From NCBI GenBank assembly GCA_965279035.1, contig OZ257142.1, positions 640,001 to 704,000 on the forward strand: a stretch of 64,000 nucleotides of DNA, in the 5' to 3' direction. The first letter of the stretch is position 1. Every line of letters begins with the position of its first letter. The notes under the pieces were generated by a model that searched no databases, was not told the origin of the DNA, and saw only the letters and a list, made by a program, of their open reading frames with translations. Shown here piece by piece: positions 29,955 to 40,691 of this stretch. A program made the position numbers and the translations under genes. Source of the DNA: Bacteroidia bacterium. Its GTDB lineage: Bacteria; Bacteroidota; Bacteroidia; M30B66.

Positions 29955-31091
29955 TTAAAGCGTACCGCGACGTTCTTGTTCACGTTCGATAGATTCGAAA
30001 AGGGCCTTGAAATTTCCTTTTCCAAATGCACGAGCACCGCGGCGTTGAATGATTTCATAGAACAAAGTCGGACGATCTTCTACCGGCTTAGAGAAAAGTT
30101 GAAGAAGGTAACCTTCGTCGTCACGGTCAACTAAAATGTTGAGACGACGAATTTCATCCATGTCTTCATCTATATCACCAACACGCAATGAAAGTTCATC
30201 ATAATACGTTTGTGGAACTTCTAAGAAATCAACACCACGACGACGTAATTCTGCAACAGTTTCGATGATGTTATCGGTTGCTACAGCTATGTGTTGAACA
30301 CCTGGTGTTTGGTAAAAATCAAGATATTCTTCTACCTGAGATCTTTTCTTTCCTTTAGCAGGTTCGTTGATTGGGAATTTGATAAACTCATTGCTATTGG
30401 TTACCACTTTCGACATCAAAGCAGAATATTCGGTAGAGATGTCTTTATCGTCAAACGAAACGATAATTTTAAAACCCATCACTTCTTGGTAGAATTTCAC
30501 CCAAGTATTCATTTCGCCCCAGCCAACATTTCCAACACAGTGGTCAACGAACATTAATCCAACAGGTTTTGATGGAATTTGAGGTTCTGCTTTTTCATAG
30601 CCGGGCATAAAAACACCCGTGTAGTTTTTTCTTTCTACAAACGTGTGAATTGTCTCTCCATACGTGTAAATACTTGCTGTACGAACTTCACCAAATGCAT
30701 CGGTTTTCACTTCAAGAGGAGCATGCATTTTGGCACCGCGTTTAACAGTTTCTTCTAATGCCTTAGCAGCATCATCAACCCAAAGTGCTAAGATTTTAAC
30801 ACCATCGCCATGTTTTTTCACATGGTCAGCAATGGGACCATCGGGCATTAAAGAAGCTGTTAGGACAAGACGAATTTTACCTTGACGTAATACATACGAT
30901 GCGCGGTCTTTTACACCTGTTTCTGGTCCAGCATAAGCGATGAGTTCATAGCCCCATGCGCTTTGATAGTAATAGGCAGCTTGTTTGGCATTACCTACAT
31001 AAAATTCAACATAATCGGTTCCCAACAAAGGAAGGAAATCGGCAGCCGCAGCGTTTGTTGCTTGCGGAGATAGCGTTTGTGCGTTATCCAT
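29955..31091 (-). CDS. hppD: 4-hydroxyphenylpyruvate dioxygenase
   Basis: DHCVGNV, PINEP, SQVEEYL, GVQHIA, GYLLQLF and EIIQR...FGKGNFKALF motifs. Confidence 0.97.
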   Translation of the reverse strand: MDNAQTLSPQATNAAAADFLPLLGTDYVEFYVGNAKQAAYYYQSAWGYELIAYAGPETGVKDRASYVLRQGKIRLVLTASLMPDGPIADHVKKHGDGVKILALWVDDAAKALEETVKRGAKMHAPLEVKTDAFGEVRTASIYTYGETIHTFVERKNYTGVFMPGYEKAEPQIPSKPVGLMFVDHCVGNVGWGEMNTWVKFYQEVMGFKIIVSFDDKDISTEYSALMSKVVTNSNEFIKFPINEPAKGKKRSQVEEYLDFYQTPGVQHIAVATDNIIETVAELRRRGVDFLEVPQTYYDELSLRVGDIDEDMDEIRRLNILVDRDDEGYLLQLFSKPVEDRPTLFYEIIQRRGARAFGKGNFKALFESIEREQERRGTL

Positions 31092-31110
31092 GATGATTTG
31101 GTTTTATTGC

Positions 31111-32280
31111 TTAGTTGTAATCAGGTTCCATCCAAGAAAGGAAGTACTTATCGTCGTTTATTTTTAGCGCAGCTTCAGTTACCATTAAAGGCTTGAATGT
31201 GTCAACCATAACGGCATATTCCTGCGTGTCTTTTTTACCAATACTGCGTTCCATCGCACCAGGATGCGGACCATGAACAATTCCCGCTGGGTGAAGAGTG
31301 AGATGCCCTTGTGCGATGTCGTTACGGCTCATGAAATCACCATCTACATAATATAACACCTCGTCAGAGTCGATATTGCTGTGATTGTATGGTGCTGGAA
31401 TCGCTTGTGGATGATAATCGTACATGCGTGGCACGAAGGAACACACGACAAAACCAGCCGTTTCGAATGTTTGGTGAATAGGTGGTGGCAAGTGTACTCG
31501 TCCGGTTATCGGTTCGAAATTCTTGATCGAGAATGCATACGGGTAATTATATCCATCCCATCCAATTACATCAAACGGATGAGAACCATACACGTAATGA
31601 TGTAACACACCCTGCTTCTTCACTTTGATGATAAAATCTCCTTTTTCATCGTGAGTTTCGAGGTTTTCTGGGCGACGAATATCGCGTTCGCAGAAAGGAG
31701 AATGCTCTAATAATTGTCCGAAGTAATTCCGGTAACGTTTAGGAGTATAAATAGGAGAGAACGATTCCAAAAACATCAATCGATTATCTTCTCCGTCAAA
31801 TTCGATTTGATAAATCATCCCGCGAGGAATAATCAAATAATCACCATAAGCGAATTCAAGCGTTCCAAGGAAAGTACGTAAACGACCTGTTCCTTTGTGA
31901 ATGAAAAGCATTTCATCGGCATCCGCATTCTTGTAGAAATACGTGCTCATTGATTTACGCGGCGCCGCTACTCCTAAATGCACATCCGAATTGACTAACA
32001 AGGCAGTTCGGCTTTCTAAAAAATCATCCGCAGGTGGAACATTAAATCCAACCAAGCGAAGCGACTTCATGTTTTTTTCAATCGCTACCTTAGGAGAAAC
32101 ATCAATGGATTCGCCAATAGATTTTACAATTGTAGGGCGATGTAAATGATACATTAAAGTCGACATACCATCGAAACCAACGGTGCCGAATAGCTGCTCA
32201 TAATAGATTCCACCTTCGGGTTTATTATATACGACGTGGCGTTTTGAAGGGACTTTTCCTAAAGAATGATAAAACGGCAT
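31111..32280 (-). CDS. hmgA: Homogentisate 1,2-dioxygenase
   Basis: NADADEM, HPFDVIGWDG, HLPPP, FVPR, PYNHSNIDSDE and HGP motifs. Start set to ATG 32280 (MPFYH). Confidence 0.95.
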   Translation of the reverse strand: MPFYHSLGKVPSKRHVVYNKPEGGIYYEQLFGTVGFDGMSTLMYHLHRPTIVKSIGESIDVSPKVAIEKNMKSLRLVGFNVPPADDFLESRTALLVNSDVHLGVAAPRKSMSTYFYKNADADEMLFIHKGTGRLRTFLGTLEFAYGDYLIIPRGMIYQIEFDGEDNRLMFLESFSPIYTPKRYRNYFGQLLEHSPFCERDIRRPENLETHDEKGDFIIKVKKQGVLHHYVYGSHPFDVIGWDGYNYPYAFSIKNFEPITGRVHLPPPIHQTFETAGFVVCSFVPRMYDYHPQAIPAPYNHSNIDSDEVLYYVDGDFMSRNDIAQGHLTLHPAGIVHGPHPGAMERSIGKKDTQEYAVMVDTFKPLMVTEAALKINDDKYFLSWMEPDYN

Positions 32281-32422
32281 CTGTGACGATTTGTAAAGTG
32301 TATTACAAACGTACAAGATTTCTTTTTTCAATGCAAGTGTAAAATCACAACGAAATTTTGGTGAATTCTTTCAATTCAGTTAATAATATTGCGCAGCATG
32401 TCTTATGCAGAATATAATTCCG

Positions 32423-35400
32423 TTATCTGCTGCCTACAACAAGACGATTCACCGCTCTAAAGCCATTGGCATTCAATACAACCTGATAATTCCCTTTTGA
32501 TAAATTGCTCACAGGCAATTCGATAAGTTGTCCGGGACTGAGGTTGGAATAACTTTTTTGAAATACAACACGTCCAGAAATGTCAATAATAGCTAAAGCG
32601 ATATCTTTTAAGTTTTCTTTTAAATCAGGCTTCAACCAAGCACTGGTAGTTGCCGGATTAGGAAATACGGTAAAGGTTGATACATCAGTTTCTTGAGCTT
32701 CTTCAATTCCAGTAACGTTAATTACATAAATATTCATTACTGCTGTATCGCTGCATTCATCTTTACCAGTTGTTAGAATTACAGGAAAAGTGCCAGCAGA
32801 GTTAAATACATGTGTTACTTCTTGCTCTCCAGAAACGATTAAGCCATCTCCAAAATCCCAGAAAAAAGTTTGAGCTCCATTGGTTGTAGAAGTGAAAACC
32901 ACTTCTTCTTCTTCCATTTTCACTTCGGTTGCCGAAGCATTAAATGAAGCCATAATGCCGCTACCAGCTTGAACTTGAATCCATTCGACGGTTTCGAGAT
33001 TTTGACCATTCAAGGAAAAGTGAACGCGATATTCATCCGCTCGTAAATTATCTAAAACCCAATTACCTACAAGTGCAGTATGACTTCCAGCTAAACTATC
33101 GTTACTTGTAAATACTTCTACGTCCCAAGCTGTTGAAGTTGGATTGTTCAAGGTGATTTGTCCATCTCCTCCTACGCATCCTTCTTTTATTGAATTTACT
33201 TGAACTCCTGGACGATAATGAATAAAGAATCTTCCACTAATTGTTCCTGCATTCAACATAACGCTGTATTCGGCTTGTTGACGAAGATTCTGCATCGTAT
33301 GATTCACTCGATCTTCTAAGAAAACCATTGCTGTCATTGGAAAATGAACTGCTTCAGAAAGTCGAATTTGATGCATTCCTCCTTGATGAACAACAATCTC
33401 TAATGGAATTGAATCAGCTTGCTCAGTTGTATGCCTACCTTGGATAGCCAATTTCACCGAATCTTTCACCGAATACCAACTGCTTAATTGTCCGCCTATA
33501 TCCATTTTTAAGGCATCTCGCCCATCCAATGATTGACTTGAATTGGCCTGTGAGCTATAATAAATGAGCGTTTCATCCGCTTTGCCTTCTTTCACAAGGC
33601 TTAATCGTATAAACGAAATGGATTCAGGAACACTAACCGAACGAACGTTAACAACATCAGCACGATGCGAATTATTGAGACGAAGTGTATCATTAGAAAA
33701 TGCTCTCACAAAAAAAGCTTCTTGCATTCCAACATATTGAGATGCACCATTAATTCCTAAACCTTCGTTAATTCCCAATGGAAGCCAAGTGGCAAATTGT
33801 CCAGCATATCGATCAGCTTTTGCTGAAGTATGAATGCTTCGGCTAATACTTGCTGGCAATGTAGCTGCTACTTTATTCCAATCGATGGGAGATGGATAAG
33901 GATTTCCAGCCAAATTGTAGCCAGCCAAGCCAGAAAATCCACTTCGACTTAATGCTAATTTTTGATTCCCGCTATTGATAAGGCCTTTGGCAGAAAGTGT
34001 ATTTCCACCCGTTTGGAGAATACGATAACCTGTCATTAATTGCAGGTTTGTACTAGAAGAATGTGCTTGCCAACCTTGAGTCAATGAAGAGTTGCCAGTT
34101 GATTCGCTATAATCCCAAACAGAAGTAGAAACAGGTGTTTGCCAAGTGATTCCTTCAGGACCAAGAACTGGAATGCCATTGAGGTAATCTTCCATGGCTA
34201 CATCACTAAAAGCACTACTCAATAATACGTCTTTGCTGCCCGAACCATCAATGAACCGTTCAGCTCCTACTTTTCCTGATAAAGTCCCAGTTCCAGTTCC
34301 TGAAATCAATGCGGTGGCACTGCTGTCGGCTTTTAGTTGAAGACTATCGTTTGTTGATAATGAACCTGCATTCAACTTTAATATACCTCGAAGATTCACT
34401 TGTCCAGCAATAAAACGTTGACCGTTTCCATTGATGTTGAGGTTGTTGTATATTCCTTTAACTAAGGTTTGTTGTGATCCACTGGTATAAGAAACATTTC
34501 CTCGAAAGAAAGGTGTTCCGAATCCACTTAAAACAGCTTGCTGAGTAGTTGAACTATGAGTAACATTTAATTGATCCTTATTACCCATTACAAAAGAACC
34601 ATTACCTGTAACACGGTTTATGGTATGATTGAGAATCAATTCTGTTCCTGGCATGCTGTCAATACCTAATCGAAAATCCCCATAAACGGTGATATTCTTA
34701 TTGGTGCTTGCTTGTCCACCTGGATCACCTGGATTATAGAACAACAAGTTTCGGCAAGAAAAATCTTCAGAAGTTCCTAATTGAACAACATGATTCAAAT
34801 TTGTCCTTACCCAGAGATGATTGTAAGTGATAGATGGAACAATTTGATCTACATCATTTGCCCAAACTTCTCCATTACCAAAAAAGGTTGTTCCTGCATT
34901 TTCTTCAAATGTTGAATCGGTGAGAAGTACGCTGGCTGCATCACCTTCAATAACAAGCACTCCTGTTCCTTGATCGATGACACCTTTTTGTTGGATTGAA
35001 AAAACGTCGAGTATTTTATCATTGATTTTTAGTGCTGAACCATCATTAATAGAAAGATTCCGAATCACTAAATCGTTTTGTAAACTATACTCAGAATTGG
35101 CAGTAATAAATAAATCAGTTCCGATGTAATGTCCCGAACCGCCGATAAATACATTCGTTCCGCCAGCTAATGAAACATAGGAATTGGTATTATTCGAAAT
35201 CACTCCTTCGTTCACCAAAGAACCGAAACAACTTAAATAAGAACCGAAACTGCTTTTTAAAGTTAGGCTTGCATTTTCATTAATTCTCAAATTTCCACAT
35301 TGTACTGGTTGGTTTCCATCCAGTTCGGGATAATGACTCAATCCGCCAGGTATTAATATATGATTACAGCGATCAGGAACTTGAGCAGGATTCCAATTTT

Positions 35401-36274
35401 GTGGATTGAACCAATTATTATCATTTCCAACCCATGTGAGTTGTGCCGGAATAGCTGGAAAGAAACTAAATCGCGCATTTTGAGCGGGTATCGTTACAGG
35501 CGATGAAGACCGAATGACGGCAGTAGAATTTGAAAGTCCGAGAGTGGAAGAACTCCAACTATTTGTACCTGCCGGAATATTTCGTGTGTGAACATCATTG
35601 CGAGATGTACCTCGAATTCCTACTTGAAAAAGTTGGTTGTAGCCTTGCCAGCAGTAAGGTGCAGTATTGTATGCAAATGAAATTCGATTGTTGTTTTCTT
35701 CGAGGGTGATTTGAAAGTCGAAACGATTTCGGTTTTCTCCACAATATCCGGTGCCTTCTGCATCATCGAGTGCTTTGAAATTATTCCATTCGATGGTGAA
35801 TGTTCTATTCGGTGCAACTCCTTCGCTTCTAGTTCGAATGCTTGCTAATCCTGCGGTCCAACGACCTTCTAAATCGGCATTGAGTGCAGAAACAATCCCT
35901 TCAATTTCTACATCAGAACCTAAAACATCTGTAAATGGAATAACAATTCCCGCAGCTTTAACTGGATCGGTTGTTCCAAACCAAATCCAACCATTGGTAG
36001 CAACACCACATTGCGTATAAGTGCTACCATTAAATTGAAATGGAAACCCAATGGGCTGATCAGGAAAGAAATCTTCATCTGTTGGTGAAACTAAACCAGC
36101 ATCTCCAGGTTGTGAAGCCCCACTTGCAAGAATGAGTGTTGGACTTGAAGGCGGTAAACTTGTATAAGGAATGTTGCTAGAATACGAGAATCCATAACCG
36201 CAAGTAACTTGACCAAAGAGCGAGTTGCACCCAATTGTCAGGAAGATGAAAGTAGCGAGAAAATGGTTTTTCAA
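32423..36274 (-). CDS. Large T9SS type A-sorted surface protein (beta-sandwich head, probable beta-helix, PKD domain)
   Basis: Signal peptide; WFNPQNWNP..VP; GYNLAGNPYPSPIDW; PKD motif WDFGDG; CTD VFPNPA...DISGR...LSKGNY. Confidence 0.85.
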   Translation of the reverse strand: MKNHFLATFIFLTIGCNSLFGQVTCGYGFSYSSNIPYTSLPPSSPTLILASGASQPGDAGLVSPTDEDFFPDQPIGFPFQFNGSTYTQCGVATNGWIWFGTTDPVKAAGIVIPFTDVLGSDVEIEGIVSALNADLEGRWTAGLASIRTRSEGVAPNRTFTIEWNNFKALDDAEGTGYCGENRNRFDFQITLEENNNRISFAYNTAPYCWQGYNQLFQVGIRGTSRNDVHTRNIPAGTNSWSSSTLGLSNSTAVIRSSSPVTIPAQNARFSFFPAIPAQLTWVGNDNNWFNPQNWNPAQVPDRCNHILIPGGLSHYPELDGNQPVQCGNLRINENASLTLKSSFGSYLSCFGSLVNEGVISNNTNSYVSLAGGTNVFIGGSGHYIGTDLFITANSEYSLQNDLVIRNLSINDGSALKINDKILDVFSIQQKGVIDQGTGVLVIEGDAASVLLTDSTFEENAGTTFFGNGEVWANDVDQIVPSITYNHLWVRTNLNHVVQLGTSEDFSCRNLLFYNPGDPGGQASTNKNITVYGDFRLGIDSMPGTELILNHTINRVTGNGSFVMGNKDQLNVTHSSTTQQAVLSGFGTPFFRGNVSYTSGSQQTLVKGIYNNLNINGNGQRFIAGQVNLRGILKLNAGSLSTNDSLQLKADSSATALISGTGTGTLSGKVGAERFIDGSGSKDVLLSSAFSDVAMEDYLNGIPVLGPEGITWQTPVSTSVWDYSESTGNSSLTQGWQAHSSSTNLQLMTGYRILQTGGNTLSAKGLINSGNQKLALSRSGFSGLAGYNLAGNPYPSPIDWNKVAATLPASISRSIHTSAKADRYAGQFATWLPLGINEGLGINGASQYVGMQEAFFVRAFSNDTLRLNNSHRADVVNVRSVSVPESISFIRLSLVKEGKADETLIYYSSQANSSQSLDGRDALKMDIGGQLSSWYSVKDSVKLAIQGRHTTEQADSIPLEIVVHQGGMHQIRLSEAVHFPMTAMVFLEDRVNHTMQNLRQQAEYSVMLNAGTISGRFFIHYRPGVQVNSIKEGCVGGDGQITLNNPTSTAWDVEVFTSNDSLAGSHTALVGNWVLDNLRADEYRVHFSLNGQNLETVEWIQVQAGSGIMASFNASATEVKMEEEEVVFTSTTNGAQTFFWDFGDGLIVSGEQEVTHVFNSAGTFPVILTTGKDECSDTAVMNIYVINVTGIEEAQETDVSTFTVFPNPATTSAWLKPDLKENLKDIALAIIDISGRVVFQKSYSNLSPGQLIELPVSNLSKGNYQVVLNANGFRAVNRLVVGSR

Positions 36275-36354
36275 GGGTAGAATTCTTTAAGCAATATTCG
36301 GTTTTGTGAGTTATACCGAGCTAAAGAAAGAAAGGTTTCAGGAATGATTCATAC

Positions 36355-36463
36355 AAAAAGAAAAAGGAGCCTAAGCTCCTTTTTCTTTCACAAACCACCA
36401 ATTGAATTCTGTAAATCTACCAAAAACAGAATGATTGGTATTGGTTATCGGGGGCAATAACCA
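36355..36463 (-). ncRNA. Candidate ~110-nt sRNA or attenuator leader
   Basis: A -7 element TACTTTTG (36467-36474, minus strand) is followed by two hairpins and a perfect terminator; there is no long ORF. Confidence 0.5.
36357..36388. terminator. Strong intrinsic terminator (bidirectional architecture)
   Basis: Perfect 14-bp inverted repeat AAAGAAAAAGGAGC-CTAA-GCTCCTTTTTCTTT. Confidence 0.88.
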
Positions 36464-36527
36464 CTACAAAAGTAATCATTGATTCCCTAAAAAAAACACT
36501 AGTAGCAATAATAAAATAAGATGGGTG

Positions 36528-38957
36528 TCATTTTCTTATTAAACGCCTATAGCCAAACTTGTTATTATAATTCACCTTTAGAATGTATGATCCTGTAGGC
36601 AATACCTTTGTTTTCAAGGTGTAAACATTGTTTTGAGGTAAAATATTCATTTCCTCTAAAATGACTCTTCCAGTAAGGTCGTATAATTCGAAACCAATTT
36701 GAGCTAAACCAATTGTATTCAGTTTTATGTTAAAATCACCATCACTTGGATTAGGATAAATTAGCATGGAATCGAATCCATCAAATTCTTCAATTCCTAC
36801 CTGAGCAACAATGATTGTTTTAGTTATGGTGTCAGCGCCACATGGATTCTGAATGATCAATGTGATGTCATAAGGTCCGCTATCGGGAAATGTAAATGAA
36901 GGGTCTCTTAATGGTGAAGTGCCAATAGAATCAAACGCCCATTCATAACTTAGTCCATTTTGGGATGAATTATTAAAAGTGATTGTGTAACCTCCTGTTC
37001 CTTGTACATAGGAAAAATTAGCAATAGGAAACTGAGACTGAATGACTTCAACTAAAGGAGAACTTCCCGGACAACCATTGATATCGGTTGCTGTTACAGA
37101 ATAATAACCTGTTTGACTTACTGTAATATTTTGTCCCAAAGCTCCATTTGACCATTCATAGTTTGAGAATCCTGTTCCTGCAGAAAGCAAGGCTGGTTCT
37201 CCATCGCAAATAGCCGCAAGACTCGGACTTACAGGAATTGAAACAGTTGAACCTGAAACAACTTGAACAGGTGTAGATGTTACAGTACATCCATTTGCAT
37301 CAGTACCAGTTACTATGAAAGTTCCTGGATTGGTGACACTTGTTGTAGCTCCGCTTTGTCCATTAGACCAGCTGTATGATACAAATCCGTTCGATGCTGT
37401 TAATGAAGCCGATGAACCACAAAGTGTAACAGGACTAGCCGGTGTAACAGAAATTGCTGGTGGTGTTGTTTGAATAAATGTAAGTGGGTCAGAGGCTGCA
37501 GAACATCCTCCTGCTGCTATTCCAGTAACAGTTAATACGGTAGGTGTTGTAACTTGAATAGCAGTAGTTCCTGGTTGACCGTTTGACCAATTGAGATTTG
37601 AAAATGTTCCAACAACACTCACTAATATAGGCCCATTACACAAGTTAAGTGTATTAGGAGAATAGGTTAATGGTATAAGTACCGAGTTGGATAAAGTAAC
37701 AGTCCAAGAAGTGGATGTTGATGAACCACAACTACTTGTTACCGTTGCTTGGTAATAGGTTGTTTGAGTTAAAGGACCTGTGGTGTATGTAGCACTTGTT
37801 GCGCCTGCAATAGGACTGAAGTTTATATTATTTGTCGAACTTAACCATTGAATTGATCCAGAACTACCTTGATAAATAAGCGATGCCGAACCACCTGAAC
37901 AGACTGAGCTACTCGAAGCATTCGATATTGCGGCAGTTGGTGCGCCAGCCACTTCAATAGTAATTATACTCGGAGTTCCAGTTGTATTAGGTGAATTTGC
38001 TACAACTCGAATTTGATAATTACTCCCAATGGCTGTCCCCAATGGAATGTTCGCATTAATCACTCCCGAAGTAGTTCCAGACAATGTTCCTATCACAACA
38101 GGAGAAACAAAACTACCTGCGCTATTCGAAAGTTGAGCTGTAAAAGTGTTGCCAGCATTAAAAGTTCCATTGGCTGTAAATGGAACTGAGATCGCTTGTC
38201 CAGGGCAATAAGGTCCTAATAAAATATTGTCGGTGGTGATGCTGTTTGTAGAAGCTGAATTAGAAGTAACTATTATATCATCTATTCCGAATGATGGATC
38301 AGATGCAGGATCAAATGATTCAAGTGTATTAAAACGAAATCCAAAGATTAAACTTGCTTGATTATCAAATGCGGCACTTGTAACTGTTTCTTGAGTCCAA
38401 TTTCCTTGATTACTATATTCTCCAACTCCACCTGGAACGGGCAACCATGACGTTCCACCATTTGTGCTGTAATAAACTTCTCCAAATGAATTTCCTTGTA
38501 AACCAGCACATAGCCACCAAAAACTTAAACTAACACCTGTTTGACCAATAGTGCTAATCGAAATAGACATTCTTGAAAAATAATTTTCTGAAAAATTACA
38601 AAATCCATCAGCTGCTATAAAATGACAATTGTCAACACCATTCATCATTCCTCCAATGGATGTAATATGCATATATCCACTTTGGGGACTGCCAACAATG
38701 CCCGCTGGTTGAGTAGGTGAATTAACCAAATCAACTGGTAATGTAATTCCTCCACAATCAATTTCAAATGACCCCCCGTTGTAACTACTATTTACAACCC
38801 ATAAATTACTTGTCGAGGTACCACCTAAATCACTCGTATTTAATTGAAAACTACCTCCACCAGAGTTAAAATCTTCAGTAAATAAGACCGTTTGTGCAGA
38901 AACTTCTAATATGAAAATTGAGCAAAAGGCAAATAGAAGGGTATATATATTTCTCAT
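36528..38957 (-). CDS. T9SS type A-sorted S/T/G-rich surface protein with Ig-like repeats and a PKD domain
   Basis: Signal peptide; YSTNGGTSW; repeated YxWSNG...VTxTDxNGC units; PKD; CTD IYPNPS...YDLTGR...GSYIL. Confidence 0.87.
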   Translation of the reverse strand: MRNIYTLLFAFCSIFILEVSAQTVLFTEDFNSGGGSFQLNTSDLGGTSTSNLWVVNSSYNGGSFEIDCGGITLPVDLVNSPTQPAGIVGSPQSGYMHITSIGGMMNGVDNCHFIAADGFCNFSENYFSRMSISISTIGQTGVSLSFWWLCAGLQGNSFGEVYYSTNGGTSWLPVPGGVGEYSNQGNWTQETVTSAAFDNQASLIFGFRFNTLESFDPASDPSFGIDDIIVTSNSASTNSITTDNILLGPYCPGQAISVPFTANGTFNAGNTFTAQLSNSAGSFVSPVVIGTLSGTTSGVINANIPLGTAIGSNYQIRVVANSPNTTGTPSIITIEVAGAPTAAISNASSSSVCSGGSASLIYQGSSGSIQWLSSTNNINFSPIAGATSATYTTGPLTQTTYYQATVTSSCGSSTSTSWTVTLSNSVLIPLTYSPNTLNLCNGPILVSVVGTFSNLNWSNGQPGTTAIQVTTPTVLTVTGIAAGGCSAASDPLTFIQTTPPAISVTPASPVTLCGSSASLTASNGFVSYSWSNGQSGATTSVTNPGTFIVTGTDANGCTVTSTPVQVVSGSTVSIPVSPSLAAICDGEPALLSAGTGFSNYEWSNGALGQNITVSQTGYYSVTATDINGCPGSSPLVEVIQSQFPIANFSYVQGTGGYTITFNNSSQNGLSYEWAFDSIGTSPLRDPSFTFPDSGPYDITLIIQNPCGADTITKTIIVAQVGIEEFDGFDSMLIYPNPSDGDFNIKLNTIGLAQIGFELYDLTGRVILEEMNILPQNNVYTLKTKVLPTGSYILKVNYNNKFGYRRLIRK

Positions 38958-39108
38958 AGCATTGTGATTCCGACAAATTTAATCAATTGCCCCGTACTAC
39001 CAAGTGCTGATAATCATCTCACAATAAGTCTGTATTTGTGTTTATTTTCCTTTCAAAACAACAAATCGGAGCGTTTCCCAACTCTCTTGAAAGTGTATAT
39101 TTGACCAC

Positions 39109-40683
39109 ATGATAACTGCACGCAAACAGGTCGATTTTCTAATCATCGGTTCAGGAATCGCTGGACTCAGTTATGCGCTCAAAGTGGCTCAACACGGTAG
39201 CGTTTGTATGATTACTAAAAGTGATGAGGATGAATCCAATACCAAATACGCTCAAGGTGGCATTGCTGCAGTTATCACAGCTTCCGACTCGTTCGATAAG
39301 CATATCGAAGACACACTCATTGCTGGTGATGGTTTATGCAACGAAGAAGTCGTTCACATGGTCATTACCGAAGCTCCCGATCGCATTCGAGAACTCATCC
39401 AATGGGGTGCTCAATTTGATAAAAATTCCAGCGGAGAATTCGACCTTGGTAAAGAAGGCGGACACTCCGAAAACCGCATCCTGCATCATAAAGACACCAC
39501 CGGCTTCGAAATCGAAAGGGCACTCATCGAGCAAGTCAATGCGCATCCAAACATCGAAGTGCTCGATCACCATTTTGCGGTCGAAATTATCACCCAACAT
39601 CATCTAGGACAATATGTAAACAGCTCCACACCTGATGTGGTGTGTTACGGTGTATATGCCCTCAATCTGAAAACGGGTTTTACCGATGTGATTTTGGCTA
39701 AGACTACACTCATGGCTTCGGGTGGTGCTGGAAATGTGTATGCTTCAACCACCAATCCACGTATTGCTACTGGCGATGGTGTTGCCATGGTGTATCGGGC
39801 AAAAGGACGTGTGAGTCACATGGAGTTTATTCAGTTTCATCCTACAGCCTTGTACCAGCCGGGCGTGCAACCAGCTTTCTTAATTACCGAGGCGATGCGT
39901 GGTTTTGGAGCCGTGTTGCGTAATAAAGGCGGTGAAGATTTTATGCCACGGTACGACAAACGTGCATCCTTAGCTCCCCGCGATATTGTTGCTCGTGCAA
40001 TCGACAATGAACTCAAAGTGCGAGGCGACGAATGTGTTTACCTCGATTGTCGACACCTCGATCCCGAAGGTTTGCAAACACATTTCCCTAACATTCTTGA
40101 AAAGTGCTTGAGTTTAGGTATCGATATTCGAAAAGACCTCATTCCTGTTGTGCCAGCTTGCCATTACATGTGCGGAGGAATTTTAGTTGATACCAATGCA
40201 CAAACTAGTATTCGCAATCTCATGGCGGCGGGAGAATGCTCCTCAACCGGACTGCATGGTGCTAACCGCTTAGCATCCAATTCACTGCTCGAAGCCTTGG
40301 TCTATTCGCATCGTGCTGCTAAAACGGCAAGCGAATTAGTAGTTAAATCGGAATACGCCACAGGCATTCCTGATTGGGACATAAAAGGAACAGCCGATCC
40401 CGAAGAAATGGTGCTCATTACGCAAAACCTTCGCGAATTGCAGGCAATCATGAGTAATTATGTTGGCATTGTACGCAGCAACATCCGACTTATTCGGGCA
40501 CTCGACCGCTTACAAATCCTCCATCGCGAAACCGAAAGTATGTATCGCCGAACAACGCTCTCCACGCCCTTGTGCGAATTGCGTAATTTAATTTTGGTCG
40601 GTTATCTCATCATCAAATCGGCACGAATTCGCAGAGAAAGTCGCGGATTACATTATTCTATTGATTATCCTCGAGTAGATTAA
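39109..40683 (+). CDS. nadB: L-aspartate oxidase
   Basis: GSGIAG, YAQGGIAA, EGGHS..RILH, QFHPT, LAPRDIVARAI, HYMCGG and GLHGANRLASNSLLE motifs. Confidence 0.97.
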   Translation: MITARKQVDFLIIGSGIAGLSYALKVAQHGSVCMITKSDEDESNTKYAQGGIAAVITASDSFDKHIEDTLIAGDGLCNEEVVHMVITEAPDRIRELIQWGAQFDKNSSGEFDLGKEGGHSENRILHHKDTTGFEIERALIEQVNAHPNIEVLDHHFAVEIITQHHLGQYVNSSTPDVVCYGVYALNLKTGFTDVILAKTTLMASGGAGNVYASTTNPRIATGDGVAMVYRAKGRVSHMEFIQFHPTALYQPGVQPAFLITEAMRGFGAVLRNKGGEDFMPRYDKRASLAPRDIVARAIDNELKVRGDECVYLDCRHLDPEGLQTHFPNILEKCLSLGIDIRKDLIPVVPACHYMCGGILVDTNAQTSIRNLMAAGECSSTGLHGANRLASNSLLEALVYSHRAAKTASELVVKSEYATGIPDWDIKGTADPEEMVLITQNLRELQAIMSNYVGIVRSNIRLIRALDRLQILHRETESMYRRTTLSTPLCELRNLILVGYLIIKSARIRRESRGLHYSIDYPRVD

Positions 40684-40691
40684 TACTGAAT

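Noticed and set aside
36900-37950. Repeated WSNG...TDxNGC units as a possible DNA repeat array, CRISPR or diversity-generating target
   Set aside because: These are degenerate protein-level Ig-like repeats. There are no identical DNA repeats with spacers, and no cas or reverse transcriptase gene in the window.
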